Position numbers and translations under genes: made by a program. DNA of 64,000 nucleotides from an uncultured Muribaculaceae bacterium (lineage in GTDB: Bacteria; Cyanobacteriota; Vampirovibrionia; Gastranaerophilales; Gastranaerophilaceae). The notes beneath the pieces are model-generated. The model saw only the letters and a program-made list of their open reading frames with translations, had not been told where the DNA came from and made no database searches. This document shows, piece by piece, positions 61,540 to 64,000 of the stretch. The stretch spans positions 8,689 to 72,688 of the forward strand of contig CAYVSD010000003.1 of the NCBI GenBank assembly GCA_964453315.1. The letters are read 5' to 3'. Positions within the stretch are counted from its first letter, which is position 1. Each line of letters starts with the position of its first letter.

Positions 61540-64000
61540 ATGTTTCACATAAAGACGGAAAATACTTGCCCTCAATATGAACGTTTTAAACAAAAAATTC
61601 AACAAAACGAATCTTTTGCCGTAACAGGATTGAGTGGTTTTTTACGCATTTTTTTATTGAGTGAAATCAAAAAACAACAAAAAATTATTCTGATAACTTC
61701 AAATGAGCAAAGCGCATTGAAATATCAAAGTGATTTAAAAACTGTTTTTGATATAAATGCAGAAATTTTCCCATTTCAGGATATTTCAATGTACGAAAGT
61801 GTTTCACCTAACTTATATAACTACGCACAACAGGTTAAAACCTTACTTAAAACACCTGATTTTATAATTTGTCCTGTAAAATCTTTATTAGAAAAATTCC
61901 CAAATAAAGATTTCTTCAATAAAAATTCATTTAAAATAAAAATCGGCGACACAATTGATTTAGGCAAGCTTTCAAGAAAACTTATTGATTTAGGTTACAA
62001 AAAAGCCACTATGGTAAGTGACGTATCAGAATTTAGTATTCGAGGAGATATTGCAGACATTTATTCTCTCAATTCAAACCCCGTCAGAATAGAACTCTGG
62101 GGAGATGAAGTTGTTGATATAAGATATTTTGACAATGAAACCCAAAAATCTGTTGAAAAAACGAAAGAAACAACAATCTATCCTATTTACAAATTTATTA
62201 CTGTCGGACAAGAAGAAATAGTAAAAAACCTTCAAAATACAATAGAAGATGAATCTCCTGAAGAAGGATATTTTGAAGGAATTGAAGTTTATCAAAATTT
62301 ATTTAACAAAAATCTGGTCGGAGTTTTAAACTATTTTGAAGATTACACTATTATATTTGATGAAGCATCTGAAATTTATTCAAAATACGAATTTTTAGAT
62401 GAAAATTATAATAAGCAGCTTGAAGAAAATTTAAAACAAGGTTTAATTTCTGAGCAAATAAAACAAACAAAAAATCACATTACTTATGAAGAATTTTTAC
62501 GTCAAACATCATACTTTACCAAAATAGGATTTAATAATTTTATAGACGGAAATGCAGGAGAAATAATCGAATTTAATACGCAACCTTTGCGCAGTTTCAA
62601 TGCTGATTTTGAACAAATTACAAATTTTATAAAAGAACACTCAAGCGAAAAAATAATTATTGCAACAGATTACCCCGAGCGTATACGCGAAGTTTTTAAA
62701 GAAAATGAAATTTTTAATATTGAATACGAAAACAGTATAATTTCCGGCGGTTGTATTCTTGAAGATTTCAAAACAATAATAATTACTGACAGAGAATTAT
62801 TTAATAAACGTTCAAAAGAAATTTCTGCATCTAAAAAATCTTATTACAAAGAAAAACCGGAATTTATTGAAAATATTAACGACATAAAAATCGGAGAATA
62901 TGTTGTTCATACCGTTCACGGACTCGGAATTTATCAGGGACTTTCAAAACAAGAAATTGACGGGCAGTTAAAAGATTATTTAACAATAGAATATGCAAAC
63001 AAAGACAGATTACACATCCCTGCCGAACAAATAAACCTTCTTTGCAGATATAGAGGCTCCGGTAATGCACGCCCTGCTTTATCAAAAATGGGCGGACGTG
63101 ATTGGGAAAATACAAAAACAAAAGTTAAAAAAGCTGTAGAAACCGTTGCTTATGACCTTTTAAGATTATATGCCAAACGCAAAATGCAGCAAGGAATAGA
63201 GTTTTTGCCTGATACAAATTGGCAAATAGAAATGGAAGAAGCTTTTGAATACGTTGAAACACCAGACCAACTGCGTGCAATATCAGAAGTTAAACATGAT
63301 ATGGAATCTTCTCAACCAATGGACAGGCTCATTTGCGGAGATGTAGGTTTTGGTAAAACAGAAGTCGCAATGAGAGCTATTTTCAAAGCAATAACCTCCG
63401 GAAAACAAGCAGCCGTAATCGTTCCAACAACTATTTTAGCCCTGCAGCATTATCAAACTCTAAGTGAAAGATTTTCTCCATTCGGAGTAAAAGTAGAACT
63501 TTTATCAAGATTTCGAACCCCAAAAGAACAAAAAGAAACAATAAAACATCTTGCAACAGGAGAATGCGATGTAGTTATAGGTACACATAGACTTTTGCAG
63601 GAAGGAATTGTTTTTAAAGATTTAGGATTTTTGGTAATTGATGAAGAACATCGTTTTGGAGTTCGCCATAAAGAAAAATTAAAACAATTGCGCGAAAATA
63701 TTGATATTCTTTCAATGTCAGCAACCCCTATTCCGCGAACATTGTATATGTCATTATCAGGCATTAAGGATATTTCACTAATTAATACACCGCCTAAAAA
63801 CCGTCTGCCAATTAAAACTTATGTCGGAATGTGGAATGAAAATATGGTTAAAAATGCAATTCTCCACGAGATAGATAGAGAAGGACAAATATTCTATCTA
63901 TACAATAGAGTTGAAACCATAAGAGAATTTAAAAATCAATTACAAAAAATTGTTCCAAATGCAAGAATAGCAATCGGTCACGGTCAAATGGACGAAAAAG
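61540..64000 (+). CDS. mfd: Transcription-repair coupling factor (partial, continues beyond the window)
   Basis: Open frame from the ATG at 61540 to the window end; absent from the ORF track because it has no stop. CarD-like VVHTVHGLGIYQG, SF2 motifs GDVGFGKTEVAMRA and VIDEEHRFGV, then LSMSATPIPRTL. Confidence 0.9.
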   Translation, partial: MFHIKTENTCPQYERFKQKIQQNESFAVTGLSGFLRIFLLSEIKKQQKIILITSNEQSALKYQSDLKTVFDINAEIFPFQDISMYESVSPNLYNYAQQVKTLLKTPDFIICPVKSLLEKFPNKDFFNKNSFKIKIGDTIDLGKLSRKLIDLGYKKATMVSDVSEFSIRGDIADIYSLNSNPVRIELWGDEVVDIRYFDNETQKSVEKTKETTIYPIYKFITVGQEEIVKNLQNTIEDESPEEGYFEGIEVYQNLFNKNLVGVLNYFEDYTIIFDEASEIYSKYEFLDENYNKQLEENLKQGLISEQIKQTKNHITYEEFLRQTSYFTKIGFNNFIDGNAGEIIEFNTQPLRSFNADFEQITNFIKEHSSEKIIIATDYPERIREVFKENEIFNIEYENSIISGGCILEDFKTIIITDRELFNKRSKEISASKKSYYKEKPEFIENINDIKIGEYVVHTVHGLGIYQGLSKQEIDGQLKDYLTIEYANKDRLHIPAEQINLLCRYRGSGNARPALSKMGGRDWENTKTKVKKAVETVAYDLLRLYAKRKMQQGIEFLPDTNWQIEMEEAFEYVETPDQLRAISEVKHDMESSQPMDRLICGDVGFGKTEVAMRAIFKAITSGKQAAVIVPTTILALQHYQTLSERFSPFGVKVELLSRFRTPKEQKETIKHLATGECDVVIGTHRLLQEGIVFKDLGFLVIDEEHRFGVRHKEKLKQLRENIDILSMSATPIPRTLYMSLSGIKDISLINTPPKNRLPIKTYVGMWNENMVKNAILHEIDREGQIFYLYNRVETIREFKNQLQKIVPNARIAIGHGQMDEK

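Noticed and set aside
1-64000. Retron, DGR, group II intron or CRISPR-associated transposon
   Set aside because: No reverse-transcriptase-like ORF, no cas gene and no short repeat-spacer array were seen on either strand.

Overview
AT-rich (about 30% GC by eye) bacterial chromosomal window, standard genetic code; I cannot assign a taxon from the sequence alone.

Layout:
(i) 1-2570: an RHH gene, a 477-aa protein with coiled-coil termini, and the tmRNA gene ssrA (2098-2500).
(ii) About 2570-52900: a roughly 50-kb composite accessory region directly 3' of ssrA. It ends at a decayed duplicate of the tmRNA 3' end (52441-52481).
(iii) 52.9-64 kb: ordinary housekeeping genes (GH13 enzyme, acyltransferase, ilvE, rpmF-plsX-fabH, two small regulators, mfd).

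The accessory region has three parts:
- A tightly packed minus-strand gene train, 15697 down to 2673. In order: PLD-SNF2 helicase, MmeI-like nuclease/N6A-methyltransferase fusion, a sigma-70 factor whose N-terminal domain is an apparently inactivated paralogue of the methylase's nuclease-like domain, DUF2924, a large serine recombinase, and a tandem deoxyribosyltransferase-like/P-loop NTPase protein.
- More defence-island-type genes: a PARG-like macrodomain, a WYL regulator with a UvrD/Cas4-like helicase-nuclease sharing a thrice-repeated operator-like motif, DUF3800, and a ParB-methyltransferase.
- A Mu/Tn7-superfamily DDE transposase plus AAA+ module with unusual accessory genes, followed by a 6432-aa two-partner-secretion exoprotein with its divergent TpsB transporter.

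A module of about 230 bp occurs twice in direct orientation (26021 and 52482).

The best candidate for an undescribed system is the helicase/methylase/sigma-fusion operon at 7141-15697. All functional calls come from motif recognition by eye and need profile or structure searches to confirm.
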